DNA of 64,000 nt from Desulfuromonadales bacterium (GCA_033549025.1 JAWSUS010000010.1:28892-92891); one strand, 5' to 3'; counted from the stretch's first letter, positions 38,508 through 51,257 are shown. The notes: generated by a model from the letters alone, not told the origin. A program made the numbers and translations.

Positions 38508-39938
38508 TCACTTTTGGGCGGCGTCCGGGCCAGCCAGGGGCAGAATGACGGTAAAGGTACTGCCTTTGCCGGGAGTTGATCGCACCTCGATCCGGCCGTG
38601 ATGGACGTCGACGATCCACTTGACGATAGAGAGGCCCAGGCCGGTGCCGCCATCTTCCCGGTTGCGTGCTTCGTCAATGCGATAGAAGCGGTCAAAGATG
38701 TGGGGCAGGTGTTCGGCGGGAATGCCGACCCCGGTGTCGGTGATAGACAGGATGGCAAAACCCCTGTCCATGGTGACGGCAATGTCGATCCTGCCTTCCG
38801 GCGGCGTGTATTTGATGGCATTGCCCAGCAGGTTGAGAAACATCTGCCGCAGGCGCAACTCATCCCCTCGCAGTATGATTTCCTCGGCGACCTGCAGCTG
38901 GAGGCTCACATCGATTTGCTTCGGCTCCGCCAGCGCTCGGCCCTGCAGATAGAGTTCCTGAATAAGATCGCTGAAGTTGAACTCGGTGAGAATCAGCGGG
39001 AGATCCCCTGATTCGCTTTTGGCCAGGGTAAGCAGGTCCTCGATAATGCGCCCCATGCGGCTGATCTCTTCCATGTTGGAAGCCAGTGCCTTGCGGAATT
39101 CCTCTGGCTCCTTGGCCCAGCGCAGGGCGACCTCGGTTTCCCCGCGCAGAATGGTCAGGGGGGTACGCAGCTCGTGGGAGGCGTCGCCGGAAAACTGTTT
39201 GATGCGGCGGAAGGCATTTTCCAGGTCATCGAGCATCTGATTGAAGGTGGCGGTCAGCTCGGAAATTTCGTCCTGGTTGGTTGTAACCGGCAGGCGTTCG
39301 CTCAGGTTCTCCGCATTGATCCGCCGCACGGCCCGGGTGATGCGGGAGACGGGTTTCAGGGCTTTGCCGGCCATCAGCCAGGCGCCCAATGAGGTGATGA
39401 GTAAAACCGCCGGCCCCAGCAGGAAGAAGGTGAGGCGCAGATCGGCGATTTCGTGGTCGATGGTGGCCAGACTGTAGCCGATCTGGACCATGGTGGAATT
39501 CCGGTTCCCCGGCTCAATGGGGTAGGTCAGCAGGCGGATAGGGTGATAGGCCAGCTTTTCGAGGGTTTCGAAATGGGGAATGCCCCGCTCGGCGTGCTGC
39601 AGGGCTGTTTTACTCAGGGGCAGACTGAAGTTCTGCAGGTTGCTGGAAGAACAGGCGATGCTGCCCCGTTCGTTGAGTATCTGTACGTATTCGCCCCAGT
39701 TGCGTTGACGCAGATAGGCCTCCAGCCGTTCGCAGGGGGTGCTGCCGGTTAGGCTTTCGTGCAGGATGGCGCTGTAAGTGCTGACATCGGCGGCAATGAG
39801 CAGCAGCCGTTCATCCACATGACCGAGCTGGTTTCTCGACAGGTAGGCGCTCAGGCCATAACCGCTGGCCGCCAGGATGACGGCCAGGGTCAGGGCGTAA
39901 AGGCAGGTCAGGCGAAATCGGATGGAGCGGAGGAGCAC
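38508..39938 (-). CDS. OmpR-partner sensor histidine kinase (CusS/CpxA-like)
   Basis: DASHELRTPL, NLLGNAIKY, DTGVGI, FDRFYR, GTGLGL. Confidence 0.92.
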   Translation of the reverse strand: MLLRSIRFRLTCLYALTLAVILAASGYGLSAYLSRNQLGHVDERLLLIAADVSTYSAILHESLTGSTPCERLEAYLRQRNWGEYVQILNERGSIACSSSNLQNFSLPLSKTALQHAERGIPHFETLEKLAYHPIRLLTYPIEPGNRNSTMVQIGYSLATIDHEIADLRLTFFLLGPAVLLITSLGAWLMAGKALKPVSRITRAVRRINAENLSERLPVTTNQDEISELTATFNQMLDDLENAFRRIKQFSGDASHELRTPLTILRGETEVALRWAKEPEEFRKALASNMEEISRMGRIIEDLLTLAKSESGDLPLILTEFNFSDLIQELYLQGRALAEPKQIDVSLQLQVAEEIILRGDELRLRQMFLNLLGNAIKYTPPEGRIDIAVTMDRGFAILSITDTGVGIPAEHLPHIFDRFYRIDEARNREDGGTGLGLSIVKWIVDVHHGRIEVRSTPGKGSTFTVILPLAGPDAAQK

Positions 39939-40609
39939 TATTCCTCCTTCAGAACGTATCCCACGCCGCGAACGGTATGGATCAGTTTGTTGTCGTAATC
40001 GCGATCCACCTTTTTGCGCAGATAATTGACATAGACATCAATGATGTTGGTGAAGGAATCAAAGGTGTAGTCCCAGACATGTTCGGCAATCATGGTCCGC
40101 GTCAGAATCTGGTTGGGGTTGCGCATGAAGTATTCGAGCAGCGCGTATTCCTTGGCGGTCAGGTCGATCTCCTTGTTGCTGCGCCAGACCTTGTGGGCGA
40201 CGGGGTCGAGACGCAGATCGGCAAAGAGAAGTTCGGCCCCGCGATCCTTTTTGCCCCGACGCAGCAGGGCTTTGACCCGGGCCAGGAGTTCAGCGAAAGC
40301 GAAGGGCTTGGTGAGATAGTCGTCACTGCCGGAATCGAGGCCCGACACGATATCCTGCACGGTGTCCTTGGCGGTCAGGCAGAGGACGGGGTGGCTGATC
40401 TGCCTCTTGCGCAACTCCTTGATGACGGTAAGGCCGTCCATCTTCGGCAGCATGATATCCATGATGACGAGGTCGTAGGGGTTGCTCTCCCCCATATAGA
40501 GGCCCTCTTCCCCATCATAGGCGATATCCACCTCGTAGTTTTCCTCTTCCAGACCCCTCTTGATGAAGCTGGCGACTTTTTTTTCGTCTTCTACGACAAG
40601 AATGCGCAT
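39938..40609 (-). CDS. OmpR-family response regulator (CusR/CzcR-like)
   Basis: REC plus winged helix: LTAKEY, TNIIDVYVNYLRKK, HTVRGVGY. Confidence 0.93.
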   Translation of the reverse strand: MRILVVEDEKKVASFIKRGLEEENYEVDIAYDGEEGLYMGESNPYDLVIMDIMLPKMDGLTVIKELRKRQISHPVLCLTAKDTVQDIVSGLDSGSDDYLTKPFAFAELLARVKALLRRGKKDRGAELLFADLRLDPVAHKVWRSNKEIDLTAKEYALLEYFMRNPNQILTRTMIAEHVWDYTFDSFTNIIDVYVNYLRKKVDRDYDNKLIHTVRGVGYVLKEE

Positions 40610-40703
40610 CCTGTTCTCCTTTGGTTCCGCAGGGGAACGTTGACAAAGATGAATAAGCGATCCCGGCCACTTTTCGGGGGCCGGACAGCGGTAATAAAGA
40701 CCA

Positions 40704-41510
40704 TTATTTCAATTTTAACTTGACGAGTACTTCGTTGGCCGTTTCTTCCACGGCTTTTCCCGATACATCGATCACGACCCATCCCTGCCGGCGGAAAAAG
40801 GCCTTGGCGTGGGCCAGTTCCTCTTCGATCTTTTCATAGTCGGCGTAGGCCGTGCGGGAGTCCTGGCCGAGGTTGCGCAGCCGGGCAGCCCGTAATTCCA
40901 TCAGACGCTCGGGGTCAATGACCAGGCCGGCGACCTTCTGGGGGTCGACATGGAAGATTTCCTCCGGCAGGTCGATCCCCTGCACCATGGGCACGTTGGC
41001 CACCTTCCAGCCGCGATGCGCCAGGTAGATGGACAGCGGGGTCTTGCTGGTGCGCGAGATGCCGACCAGCACGATATCCGCCTTGGTAAGGTGGCGGGTT
41101 TCCTGGCCGTCATCGTGACGCACGGTGAATTCCACCGCGTCAATGCGTCGAAAATAGTCCTCGTCGATGCGGTGCAGCAGTCCAGGCGTTTCCCCGGGCG
41201 AGCGGCCGAAGAATTCCGCCAGCTTCATCAGCAGCGGCGTGATAAGGTCCAGGCAGGAAAGGCCGAGGGCATCGCATTCGTCATGAACAAGCTGGGCCAG
41301 GTCGCGATTGACGATGGTGTAGACGACGATGGCGTTCTGCTTCAGCGCCTGATCCAGGGCCTCGTATACCTGGCTCTTGCTCCTGACGTTGGAGATCCGG
41401 TTGATTTTAACCTCTTTGTCCCGGAACTGGGTCAGGCCCGCCATGACGATCTTCTCGGCGGTTTCCCCGGTGGCGTCAGAGAGCAGATATACGAGCTGGG
41501 GAGTCCCCAT
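40704..41510 (-). CDS. PPDK/PEP synthase regulatory kinase-pyrophosphorylase (DUF299)
   Basis: [35 protein letters not shown]. Confidence 0.92.
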   Translation of the reverse strand: MGTPQLVYLLSDATGETAEKIVMAGLTQFRDKEVKINRISNVRSKSQVYEALDQALKQNAIVVYTIVNRDLAQLVHDECDALGLSCLDLITPLLMKLAEFFGRSPGETPGLLHRIDEDYFRRIDAVEFTVRHDDGQETRHLTKADIVLVGISRTSKTPLSIYLAHRGWKVANVPMVQGIDLPEEIFHVDPQKVAGLVIDPERLMELRAARLRNLGQDSRTAYADYEKIEEELAHAKAFFRRQGWVVIDVSGKAVEETANEVLVKLKLK

Positions 41511-41737
41511 AAAATTTCCTCATGAATATTTCATTAGCAGTTTAGCATGGATGTCGCCGCGGGCAATGGCGAGACAGTCGTGATTTTCTTTCCCATAGCC
41601 TTCTGCCGATGAATGCTCTGAGCCCCTATCACTTAGGGTAGGAGACTCATTAAAGCATCTCCTAATTAAATTTCATGCACAGCCAATTTGTCAAGGTTTT
41701 TATTGCATTTAGAGGGCGCCTTTGCTAAACAGAGCCG

Positions 41738-42661
41738 ATGAAAAAGACGTGGCTTGAAATACGAATTCCAGTCCCCGCTGCCGGTATCGATCTGGTGTGC
41801 GGTGAGCTGGTGGAGCTGGGGTGTGAGGGCATCACCGTGGAAGAGCGGCCCCTCGACACCTTCGTACCGCCTGACCCGGACGAGATTCTCGCCGAGGAGC
41901 AGGTCATCAAGGCCTATTTTCCCGCGGAAGAAGACACGTCGTCCCTTTGCCGCGCTGTTCTTGAGCGGCTGGAAGATCTGCAGCCCTTTGTCCCCGGCCT
42001 TGTCGCGGCCCTACCCGAAGCGTTTCCGGTCCGTACGGAAGACTGGGCCCAGAACTGGAAGCAGCACTTCCAGTCTGTTCGTATCGGCCGCCGGCTGGTT
42101 ATCAAGCCGACCTGGGAAGATTTCAACCCGGAGCCGGGCGACGTTATCGTGCAACTTGATCCGGGCATGGCTTTCGGTACGGGCACCCACGGCACCACGC
42201 GGCTCTGCCTGGAAGCGCTGGCGGCTCTTTTCGAGGGCGAGCATCCTCCTCGCCGGGTGCTCGATGTCGGCACCGGGTCGGGCATCCTCGCCATCGCCGC
42301 TGCCGCTCTCGGGGCCGGGCGCGTTCTCGCCTGCGATATCGAAGAGGAGGCTTGCCGTACGGCCCGCGCCAATGCCGAACTCAATGGCGTGGCGGAGCGA
42401 ATCGAGGTAACGGGCGAGTCTCTCGAACGTCTCGAAGGGGAATTTGACCTGGTGCTGGCCAATATCCTCGCCGAAGAGAACATCCGTCTGGCCCCCGAAC
42501 TCGTCTCCCGGCTCAACCCCGGCGGCGCCCTCATTCTCTCGGGCATTCTGCAGGAGAAGGAGCCCGCGGTCGTTGAGGCTTTCGCGGCCTACCCCCTGTC
42601 TTCTCCCCATATCACCCACCTGGAAGAATGGTCCTGCCTGCTGTACCGCAAAGGTGCCTGA
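41738..42661 (+). CDS. prmA: Ribosomal protein L11 methyltransferase
   Basis: LDPGMAFGTGTHGTT, VLDVGTGSGIL, LANIL, LSGIL. Confidence 0.95.
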   Translation: MKKTWLEIRIPVPAAGIDLVCGELVELGCEGITVEERPLDTFVPPDPDEILAEEQVIKAYFPAEEDTSSLCRAVLERLEDLQPFVPGLVAALPEAFPVRTEDWAQNWKQHFQSVRIGRRLVIKPTWEDFNPEPGDVIVQLDPGMAFGTGTHGTTRLCLEALAALFEGEHPPRRVLDVGTGSGILAIAAAALGAGRVLACDIEEEACRTARANAELNGVAERIEVTGESLERLEGEFDLVLANILAEENIRLAPELVSRLNPGGALILSGILQEKEPAVVEAFAAYPLSSPHITHLEEWSCLLYRKGA

Positions 42662-43405
42662 ATGCTGCGTTTCTTTGTCTCCCCGGACCGACTTCAGGAC
42701 GACGAGGTTAACCTGCCGGAAGAGGTTTTTCACCATCTTCACGTGGTGCTGAGACGTTCGGCAGGGGAGGAGATCCTGCTGCTCGACGGTTTCGGCAGTG
42801 TGTGCCGGTGCCGGGTCGATGCCCTCGGCAAAAGAGGGGGAACAGCCAGGGTGCTGGAGCGTTGGCAGGAGGGGGAGACCGCCTTTCCCCTTCACCTGCT
42901 GCAGGGGCTGCCCAAAGGCGACAAATTCGACCTGGTGCTGCAGAAGGGGACGGAATTGGGGATCGGGGCCTTCACGCCGGTGATTTCCGAACGCAGCGTG
43001 CCCGTTCGCGGCGCCGAGCGCGAAGACAGGCGGCTGCAGCGCTGGCAGAGGATCATGCAGGAGGCCGCCAGGCAGTGCCGCCGTTCCCGCCTGCCCCGAC
43101 TGCAGAGTGTTCAGTCACTGGAAGCCGCCCTGCGTTCCTGTCAGGCCGATCTCAAGCTGATGCTTTGGGAGGAGGAGAGCCGACCGCTGGCCGAGGTTCT
43201 TGCCGGACAAACTCCGCAAGACGTGGCTGTCCTGGTGGGACCGGAAGGGGGTTTTTCCGCTGGCGAGGCCGCCTTGGCCCGCCGTTTCGGCTTCATCCCG
43301 GTGCGCTGCGGGCCTCGCATTTTGCGCAGCGAAACGGCCGGATTTGCCGTCGCCGCCGTTTTGCAGTATCTCTACGGCGATCTCGGCAGCGGGGGCGAGC
43401 TGTAA
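42662..43405 (+). CDS. rsmE: 16S rRNA m3U1498 methyltransferase
   Basis: QKGTELG, EAARQC, VGPEGGF, RILRSETA. Confidence 0.95.
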   Translation: MLRFFVSPDRLQDDEVNLPEEVFHHLHVVLRRSAGEEILLLDGFGSVCRCRVDALGKRGGTARVLERWQEGETAFPLHLLQGLPKGDKFDLVLQKGTELGIGAFTPVISERSVPVRGAEREDRRLQRWQRIMQEAARQCRRSRLPRLQSVQSLEAALRSCQADLKLMLWEEESRPLAEVLAGQTPQDVAVLVGPEGGFSAGEAALARRFGFIPVRCGPRILRSETAGFAVAAVLQYLYGDLGSGGEL

Positions 43406-43420
43406 TCGTCGTCGCCCTGG

Positions 43421-44683
43421 TTACATCATCAGGATCTTTTCCCGCAAAATCAGTATTTCAAATGCCAGGGCCGCTTTGGTCAGCAACCGCTGAATTTCAC
43501 CGATGTGGCTCGACAGGTCGCCGTCCCCTTCCTCTACGTACAGAATACACACCACCCGCCCACCGATCATCAGGGGCATCAGCAGCACTCTGTCCGAAAC
43601 CTGTCCACCCACGCCGTGAATCCAGCGTTCATCCAGGGGGGTGCGAGGGATGGTGCCGAGGAAGAAGCTGCGCCCTTCCGTGACCGTCTTCAGGGCCGAG
43701 GGGCGGGTCAAGGGAATGCTGACGGTATTGAAGTGTTCTCTGGCAACGCCCTGGATGAGAGCCTTCCACCCGGAAACCGCATTGCCGCGTACGACAAAGA
43801 GGGCGGCCTTACCGAACTTCCGTCCCAAAAAAGACACCAGGGCATTGGCGATATCCTCGCGATCCATGGCCTTGGCCAGCTCGGTGAACACCTGGGGAGC
43901 GGTTGCTTGCTCTGTCGAAGCCGAAGGGGCTGCGGCTGGGGCGGGCGTCTGCGGTGGGTGCGCCGATGCCAGCACCTTTTTCTGCTGCAGCGCCGCGAGC
44001 TTTTCACCCAGGGTCGCGGGCTGTCGGGCGGGGCGCTTTTTTTCAGGAGTCCGGGTCTGTGGGTTGTGTTTGGGGTTTTCGGCCGCTTCGGAGAAAGAGG
44101 GTGCGGCCGGGGAAGGCCTGCCGGTCACGGCGCGCAACTCACTCGGAGGCGAAGAAACCGGTTTTTCCTTCGTTGACTCTTGGGGTTGAGCCGGTTTGAC
44201 TTGGCGCTGGGACATCCGGTCGATGATCTGCTGATAGCGGTGATCGATCGGCTGGTTGTAATACTGGTTGAGGGCCTGCATCAGCCGTAGTTCAGGACTG
44301 ACCATGGGGTTGATAATGTAGCCGGTGATGAAGGCGATTTCGTCGATGGCCTTGAGGTCATTAGGGTCGGCCATGACCAGGTTCAATCGTTTTTTCTCCA
44401 GGGACAGAGGAATGGCGGCATATTTTAAAGCCAGTTCCTGGGGGAGCCTCTGGATGGTTTCCGCAGGGATGTGCAGCAGCTGCTGGGAAGCGACATAGGG
44501 CACGGACATTTGCCGGCTTAGAAAGCGGGCCAGCTCGTTTTCATCGATCAGACCCATCTCCAGTAGGCTGGTGCCGATTTTACCCCCAAAGAGAACCCGA
44601 TTTTTGAGGGCTTCATCGAATTGTTCCCGGGTGATTTGACCGGCTTCTTCCAAGAGGTCGAGCAGAGTCTGAGCCATTTTCAT
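43421..44683 (-). CDS. GspE/PilB N-terminal (MshEN/T2SSE_N) domain protein without ATPase
   Basis: KIGTSLLEMGLI..ELARFLSRQ and LVMADPND; Pro/Ala-rich linker; GAF-like C-terminus; no Walker A. Confidence 0.75.
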   Translation of the reverse strand: MKMAQTLLDLLEEAGQITREQFDEALKNRVLFGGKIGTSLLEMGLIDENELARFLSRQMSVPYVASQQLLHIPAETIQRLPQELALKYAAIPLSLEKKRLNLVMADPNDLKAIDEIAFITGYIINPMVSPELRLMQALNQYYNQPIDHRYQQIIDRMSQRQVKPAQPQESTKEKPVSSPPSELRAVTGRPSPAAPSFSEAAENPKHNPQTRTPEKKRPARQPATLGEKLAALQQKKVLASAHPPQTPAPAAAPSASTEQATAPQVFTELAKAMDREDIANALVSFLGRKFGKAALFVVRGNAVSGWKALIQGVAREHFNTVSIPLTRPSALKTVTEGRSFFLGTIPRTPLDERWIHGVGGQVSDRVLLMPLMIGGRVVCILYVEEGDGDLSSHIGEIQRLLTKAALAFEILILREKILMM

Positions 44684-44747
44684 TTCACTCCCTGGTGTTG
44701 TTTAGGCAGGTATCCGCCTTCGTCTGGATGGCTGCCACATGCTCTGA

Positions 44748-45380
44748 CTAGGACTCGCCGAGACGAAGGTGGATGAAGCTGGCCATGTCCGGACACTGGA
44801 GGTATGGGTTGTGTTCCCGTTCGTATTCCAGGGTAGACGCCGGGATAGGGCCATAATCGTGGCCGGGAAAAATCCGGGTGGCGGGGGGGTAGCCGGCGAG
44901 GCGCCGCAGGCTGTGATAGAGCGCTTTCGCATCGCTGCCAACCAGGTCGGCCCGGCCGACCCGCGTCACGAACAGGGTATCACCCGTCAGGAGAGCGTCC
45001 CCGGTATAGAGGCAGATCGAGCCCGGCGAGTGCCCCGGGGTATGCAGGACGGTCAGGGTGCCGTCGCCCAATGAAAGAGTCTGGTTGTCGAATACGGGGA
45101 TATCCGCCTTCTCCACGTCAAGGGGATGGGCGGCCAGCCGGGCCCCAGTCTCCGCCAGGATCACCCCGTTGCCCGCCACGTGGTCCCGGTGGCCGTGTGT
45201 GTTGAACAGAATTTCGATAGTGACCCCCCTCTTCTTCGCCTCTTCCAGCAGGCGTTCCGGCTGAAAAGAGGGGTCCACCACAGCCCCGACCTTGCGCCTC
45301 GGGCAGTAGAGCAGGTATGAGAAGTTGGCCATGTCACTGGCACTTACCTGCACGATGTCGAGGCGGGCGGTCGCTACCAT
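44748..45380 (-). CDS. MBL-fold hydrolase (glyoxalase II-like)
   Basis: THGHRDH, HTPGHS, TGDTLF, PGHDY; start ATG45380. Confidence 0.88.
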   Translation of the reverse strand: MVATARLDIVQVSASDMANFSYLLYCPRRKVGAVVDPSFQPERLLEEAKKRGVTIEILFNTHGHRDHVAGNGVILAETGARLAAHPLDVEKADIPVFDNQTLSLGDGTLTVLHTPGHSPGSICLYTGDALLTGDTLFVTRVGRADLVGSDAKALYHSLRRLAGYPPATRIFPGHDYGPIPASTLEYEREHNPYLQCPDMASFIHLRLGES

Positions 45381-45592
45381 AGGGCTTTTTCTGGCTCCAC
45401 GCGCCCCATGTGGCAAATTTCGCCGTCAATGATCTTGAACTGGTCCCCGGTGGATTTTACCGTCCAGGCATCCCCCTCTTCGGGGGGAAGGGGGAACTCC
45501 CGACTGCCGAGGTAGACGTCATCCCCGCCGATCATGCCCCACCAATCCAGGGAGCCGGTTTGCCATATTTTTGTTTTCAGATTGAAAGCCAT
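45374..45592 (-). CDS. Hypothetical 72-aa protein
   Basis: RBS AAAGGAGG; stop overlaps the start of the MBL hydrolase. Confidence 0.65.
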   Translation of the reverse strand: MAFNLKTKIWQTGSLDWWGMIGGDDVYLGSREFPLPPEEGDAWTVKSTGDQFKIIDGEICHMGRVEPEKALW

Positions 45593-45698
45593 CGCGGCAT
45601 GTCCTCCTTTGTGTGTGTTGAAGTGCGCCATGATACTGTGATGGCGCGGTACGGTCAACATGCCAGAGCTGTTAGCTCAACAATAGAATGGACCACGC

Positions 45699-47756
<2,058 letters not shown>

Positions 47757-48043
47757 GTGCTTATGCCTCCCGCATGGAAAAAGAAGTGGCGTACGCTTTT
47801 GGTGAGGTGAAAAAAGGGTCGAGAACCCCTGTGAGGTCAGGGGGTGACAGAAAAAGGATAAAGGAAAAGGAGATAATTTCAAGAAACCCGATGATTTAGA
47901 GAAAATGTCGGGTTGGTCGGCGGCCTTTTTGGCTTTGGCGTCGAAATTCCCTTATGCGGCCCCATCAGATTCATCCTTGTGGGGTTAGCCGCCATGGCCT
48001 ATAATCGCTTGGTGTATCAAGTTCTACCTGGAAAGGACGCGCC

Positions 48044-48883
48044 ATGAAATTTGCCAAGATGCACGGTGCCGGCAACGACTATGTCTATATTGACTGCTTC
48101 AGCCAGGTGGTGCCTGACCCGGAAAAGCTGGCTGTGGAGGTGAGTGACCGGCATTTCGGCATCGGCTCCGACGGTTTGATTCTGATTGAGCCCTCCGCTG
48201 TCGCCGATGTCCGCATGCGCATGTTCAACGCCGATGGCAGCGAGGCCGAGATGTGCGGCAACGGGGTGCGCTGCGTGGCCAAGTACGCCTACGATCACGG
48301 CCTGGTCGACTCACTCCAGATCAGTGTTGAAACGGGGGCCGGGGTGCTGCCTCTGCAGCTCTTTACCAATAGCCGCAATAAGGTCGACAGGGTGCGGGTG
48401 AATATGGGCAAGCCGCGGCTGAGCCGGGGGGAGATTCCTATGACCGGTCCTCCCGACGAACAGGCGATCAACGTTGAAGTGACGGGGCTCGATCGCACCT
48501 TTCATGTCACCTGCGTCTCCATGGGTAATCCCCATGCCGTCATTTTCGTCGACAACGTCCACGAATTTCCGGTGGCCAAGTACGGCCCCGCGCTGGAGAC
48601 GCACCCTTCCTTCCCCAACCGCATCAACGTGGAATTCGTGGAGGTCGTTTCCCGCACCGAACTCAAACAGCGCACCTGGGAGCGGGGCGCCGGAGAGACC
48701 CTGGCCTGCGGCACCGGCTCCAGTGCGGTCACTGTGGCGGCGGTGCTTAACGGGCACTGTGACCGGGTGCTGGTCAATCATCTGCTCGGCGGCGATCTGG
48801 AGATGGAGTGGACGGAAGACGGCCACATCTATATGACCGGCCCGGCCGTGCAGGTCTTTGAAGGAGACTACCAGCCCCAATGA
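48044..48883 (+). CDS. dapF: Diaminopimelate epimerase
   Basis: [33 protein letters not shown]. Confidence 0.96.
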   Translation: MKFAKMHGAGNDYVYIDCFSQVVPDPEKLAVEVSDRHFGIGSDGLILIEPSAVADVRMRMFNADGSEAEMCGNGVRCVAKYAYDHGLVDSLQISVETGAGVLPLQLFTNSRNKVDRVRVNMGKPRLSRGEIPMTGPPDEQAINVEVTGLDRTFHVTCVSMGNPHAVIFVDNVHEFPVAKYGPALETHPSFPNRINVEFVEVVSRTELKQRTWERGAGETLACGTGSSAVTVAAVLNGHCDRVLVNHLLGGDLEMEWTEDGHIYMTGPAVQVFEGDYQPQ

Positions 48884-49287
48884 ACTGCCCCATGTGTACA
48901 CGCTGGCAGGACGAGGCACCGCTGCGGATCGCCGAAATGAAACATTGCCTGGTCATGCTCAATCGTGACCAGTTTTTTCCCGGCTATACCCTGGTCTTCA
49001 CCCGGGAGCATGTGACCGAACTCTTCCATCTCGACAGGGCGGCGCGCCAGGAGGTCATGGAAGAGGTCAACTCCGTGGCGGCGGCGCTGCACCGGGTTTT
49101 TCAGCCGACCAAGATGAACTACGAGCTGCTGGGCAACATGGTGCCCCACATGCACTGGCACCTGGTACCCCGCTTTAGTGGAGATCCCCTGTGGCCGCGG
49201 CCTATCTGGAGCGAGCCGCACCAGGACAAGACCCTGAGCTCCCAGGAATACGCCGAGCGTATTCTGCTGATTAAAAACGCCCTGTAA
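48880..49287 (+). CDS. HIT family hydrolase
   Basis: N-terminal CPMC and VPHMHWHL histidine triad. Confidence 0.88.
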   Translation: MNCPMCTRWQDEAPLRIAEMKHCLVMLNRDQFFPGYTLVFTREHVTELFHLDRAARQEVMEEVNSVAAALHRVFQPTKMNYELLGNMVPHMHWHLVPRFSGDPLWPRPIWSEPHQDKTLSSQEYAERILLIKNAL

Positions 49288-49305
49288 GGAGGGGCGCCGT
49301 TCTCT

Positions 49306-49944
49306 ATGGATGCCATTCTTTTTGATTTGGACAACACCCTTTATTCGCCCCAGCGGCAGCTCTTTGCCCTCATCGACATCCGTATCAATCGTTACATGCA
49401 CGAGAGGGTGGGTATCCCCGAAGCCGAGGTGGACGGTCTGCGCCGCCGCTACTGGGCCGATTACGGGGTCACCCTGCAGGGGCTGATCCGCCATCACGGC
49501 GTCGATCCCGAAGACTACCTCGAATACGTCCACGACGTGGATGTCAATTCGCGGCTGATTCCTGACGCGCCCTTGCGGGCGGCCCTGCAGAGCATTCCCC
49601 TGCGCCGCCTGGTCTTCACCAACGGCTCGCGGGGGCATGCCGAGCGCGTGCTGTCATCTCTGGGGCTGGAGGATCTCTTCGAGGAAATTTTTGACATCCG
49701 CGTGGCCTCCTATCTGCCCAAGCCTTTTCCCGAGCCCTACCGGGAGGTGCTGGGGCGCATCGGTGTCGAGGCGCCGCGCTGCCTCATGGTGGAGGATTCC
49801 ATCGAAAACCTGCGTACGGCGAAGGAGCTGGGCATGGGGACAATCCTCGTCGGCGATGGCGAGAAGCCGGCCTGTGTCGACGTGCAGATCGCGGCGGCGG
49901 TGCAGGTGCCCGCGGCCCTTGCCCACTGGTTCGCGGCGGCCTGA
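49306..49944 (+). CDS. HAD hydrolase, pyrimidine 5'-nucleotidase-like
   Basis: FDLDNTLY, FTN, KP and ED motifs. Confidence 0.88.
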   Translation: MDAILFDLDNTLYSPQRQLFALIDIRINRYMHERVGIPEAEVDGLRRRYWADYGVTLQGLIRHHGVDPEDYLEYVHDVDVNSRLIPDAPLRAALQSIPLRRLVFTNGSRGHAERVLSSLGLEDLFEEIFDIRVASYLPKPFPEPYREVLGRIGVEAPRCLMVEDSIENLRTAKELGMGTILVGDGEKPACVDVQIAAAVQVPAALAHWFAAA

Positions 49945-49955
49945 GGGAAACCGTT

Positions 49956-50804
49956 ATGTTATGGCTCGGCGCCCATATGTCTATAGCCGGCGGGGTGGAA
50001 AAAGCCTTTGCCCGCGGGGAAGAGGCCGGCTGCACGGCCATGCAGATTTTTACCAAGAACGCCAGCCAGTGGCGGGCCAAACCGCTGTCGTCAAAGGAGA
50101 TCGAGGCCTTCGCCGCCGCCTGGAAGCAGAGCCCCATCGGGCCGGTGGTGGCCCACGACAGCTATCTGATCAATCTGGCCGCGCCGGCGGAGGACGCCTG
50201 GGAAAAGTCCATCGCCGCCTTTCTGGAGGAGATGGCGCGCTGCGATGCCCTCGGCATTCCCGAACTGGTCATGCACCCGGGTGCCCACACGGGCTCCGGC
50301 GAAGAGGCGGGCCTGAAGCGGATCGGTGAGGCCTTCCAGCGGATTTTCAGCGAAGGACCGGTGAGCGTGCGGGTGCTGCTGGAGAATACGGCGGGGCAGG
50401 GCACCTATCTGGGCGGGCGTTTCGAGCATCTGGCCCAGATTATGGACGCGGTGCCGCAGGGGCGTTTCGGTCTCTGCTTCGACACCTGTCACGCCTTCGC
50501 CGCCGGTTATGATCTGTCCGGGGCCGAAGGCTACGGCCAGGTCATGGCTGAGGTGGAACGCCTGCTCGGCCTGGACAGTATCCACCTCTTTCATCTCAAC
50601 GACGCCAAGAAAGGCCTGGGCAGCCGGGTGGATCGCCACGAACACATCGGGCAGGGGCAGATCGGCGAGGAAGGCTTTCGTCTGCTGATGCAGGATGGCC
50701 GCTTTGCCGCCGTTCCCAAGATTCTGGAAACCCCGAAGGGGGACGACGACAGCGGGGATCGGCAGAACCTGGCTCTACTGCGCCGTCTGGCCGGGGAGGG
50801 CTAG
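49956..50804 (+). CDS. nfo: Endonuclease IV
   Basis: GAHMSIAGG, HDSYLINLA, ENTAGQG, DTCH, HLND, DRHEHIG, ETP. Confidence 0.95.
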   Translation: MLWLGAHMSIAGGVEKAFARGEEAGCTAMQIFTKNASQWRAKPLSSKEIEAFAAAWKQSPIGPVVAHDSYLINLAAPAEDAWEKSIAAFLEEMARCDALGIPELVMHPGAHTGSGEEAGLKRIGEAFQRIFSEGPVSVRVLLENTAGQGTYLGGRFEHLAQIMDAVPQGRFGLCFDTCHAFAAGYDLSGAEGYGQVMAEVERLLGLDSIHLFHLNDAKKGLGSRVDRHEHIGQGQIGEEGFRLLMQDGRFAAVPKILETPKGDDDSGDRQNLALLRRLAGEG

Positions 50805-50807
50805 AGG

Positions 50808-51257
50808 ATGCGGGCCGTGTTACAGCGGGTTTCCGCCGCCCATGTCGAGGTGGATGGCCGCCGCGTCGGCGCCATCGGCCGCGGCATGCTGGTGCTGCTC
50901 GGCGTGGCCGCCGGGGACACGGAGGCCGATGCGACCGCTCTGGCGGACAAGATCAGCGGTCTACGCATTTTCGAGGACGCAGAGGGCAAGATGAACCTCT
51001 CTGTCGCCGATATCGACGGGGAGATCCTGGTCGTCTCCCAATTCACCCTGCTGGCCGACTGTCGCAAGGGACGCCGCCCCGGTTTCTCCGCCGCGGCCCC
51101 CCCCGAGCTGGCCCGCGAACTCTACGACTATTTCGTTAGCCTGCTGCGCCAGCGGGGCTTTGCTGTGCCCACGGGCGTGTTTCAGGCGGACATGGCGGTG
51201 CACCTGGTCAATGACGGCCCGGTCACCCTGCTACTTGACAGCCGCAAGGAATTCTGA
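50808..51257 (+). CDS. dtd: D-aminoacyl-tRNA deacylase
   Basis: [19 protein letters not shown]. Confidence 0.96.
   Translation: MRAVLQRVSAAHVEVDGRRVGAIGRGMLVLLGVAAGDTEADATALADKISGLRIFEDAEGKMNLSVADIDGEILVVSQFTLLADCRKGRRPGFSAAAPPELARELYDYFVSLLRQRGFAVPTGVFQADMAVHLVNDGPVTLLLDSRKEF

Noticed and set aside
38348..38863. N-terminal extension of DegP
   Set aside because: It overlaps the histidine kinase; the signal peptide starts at ATG38347.
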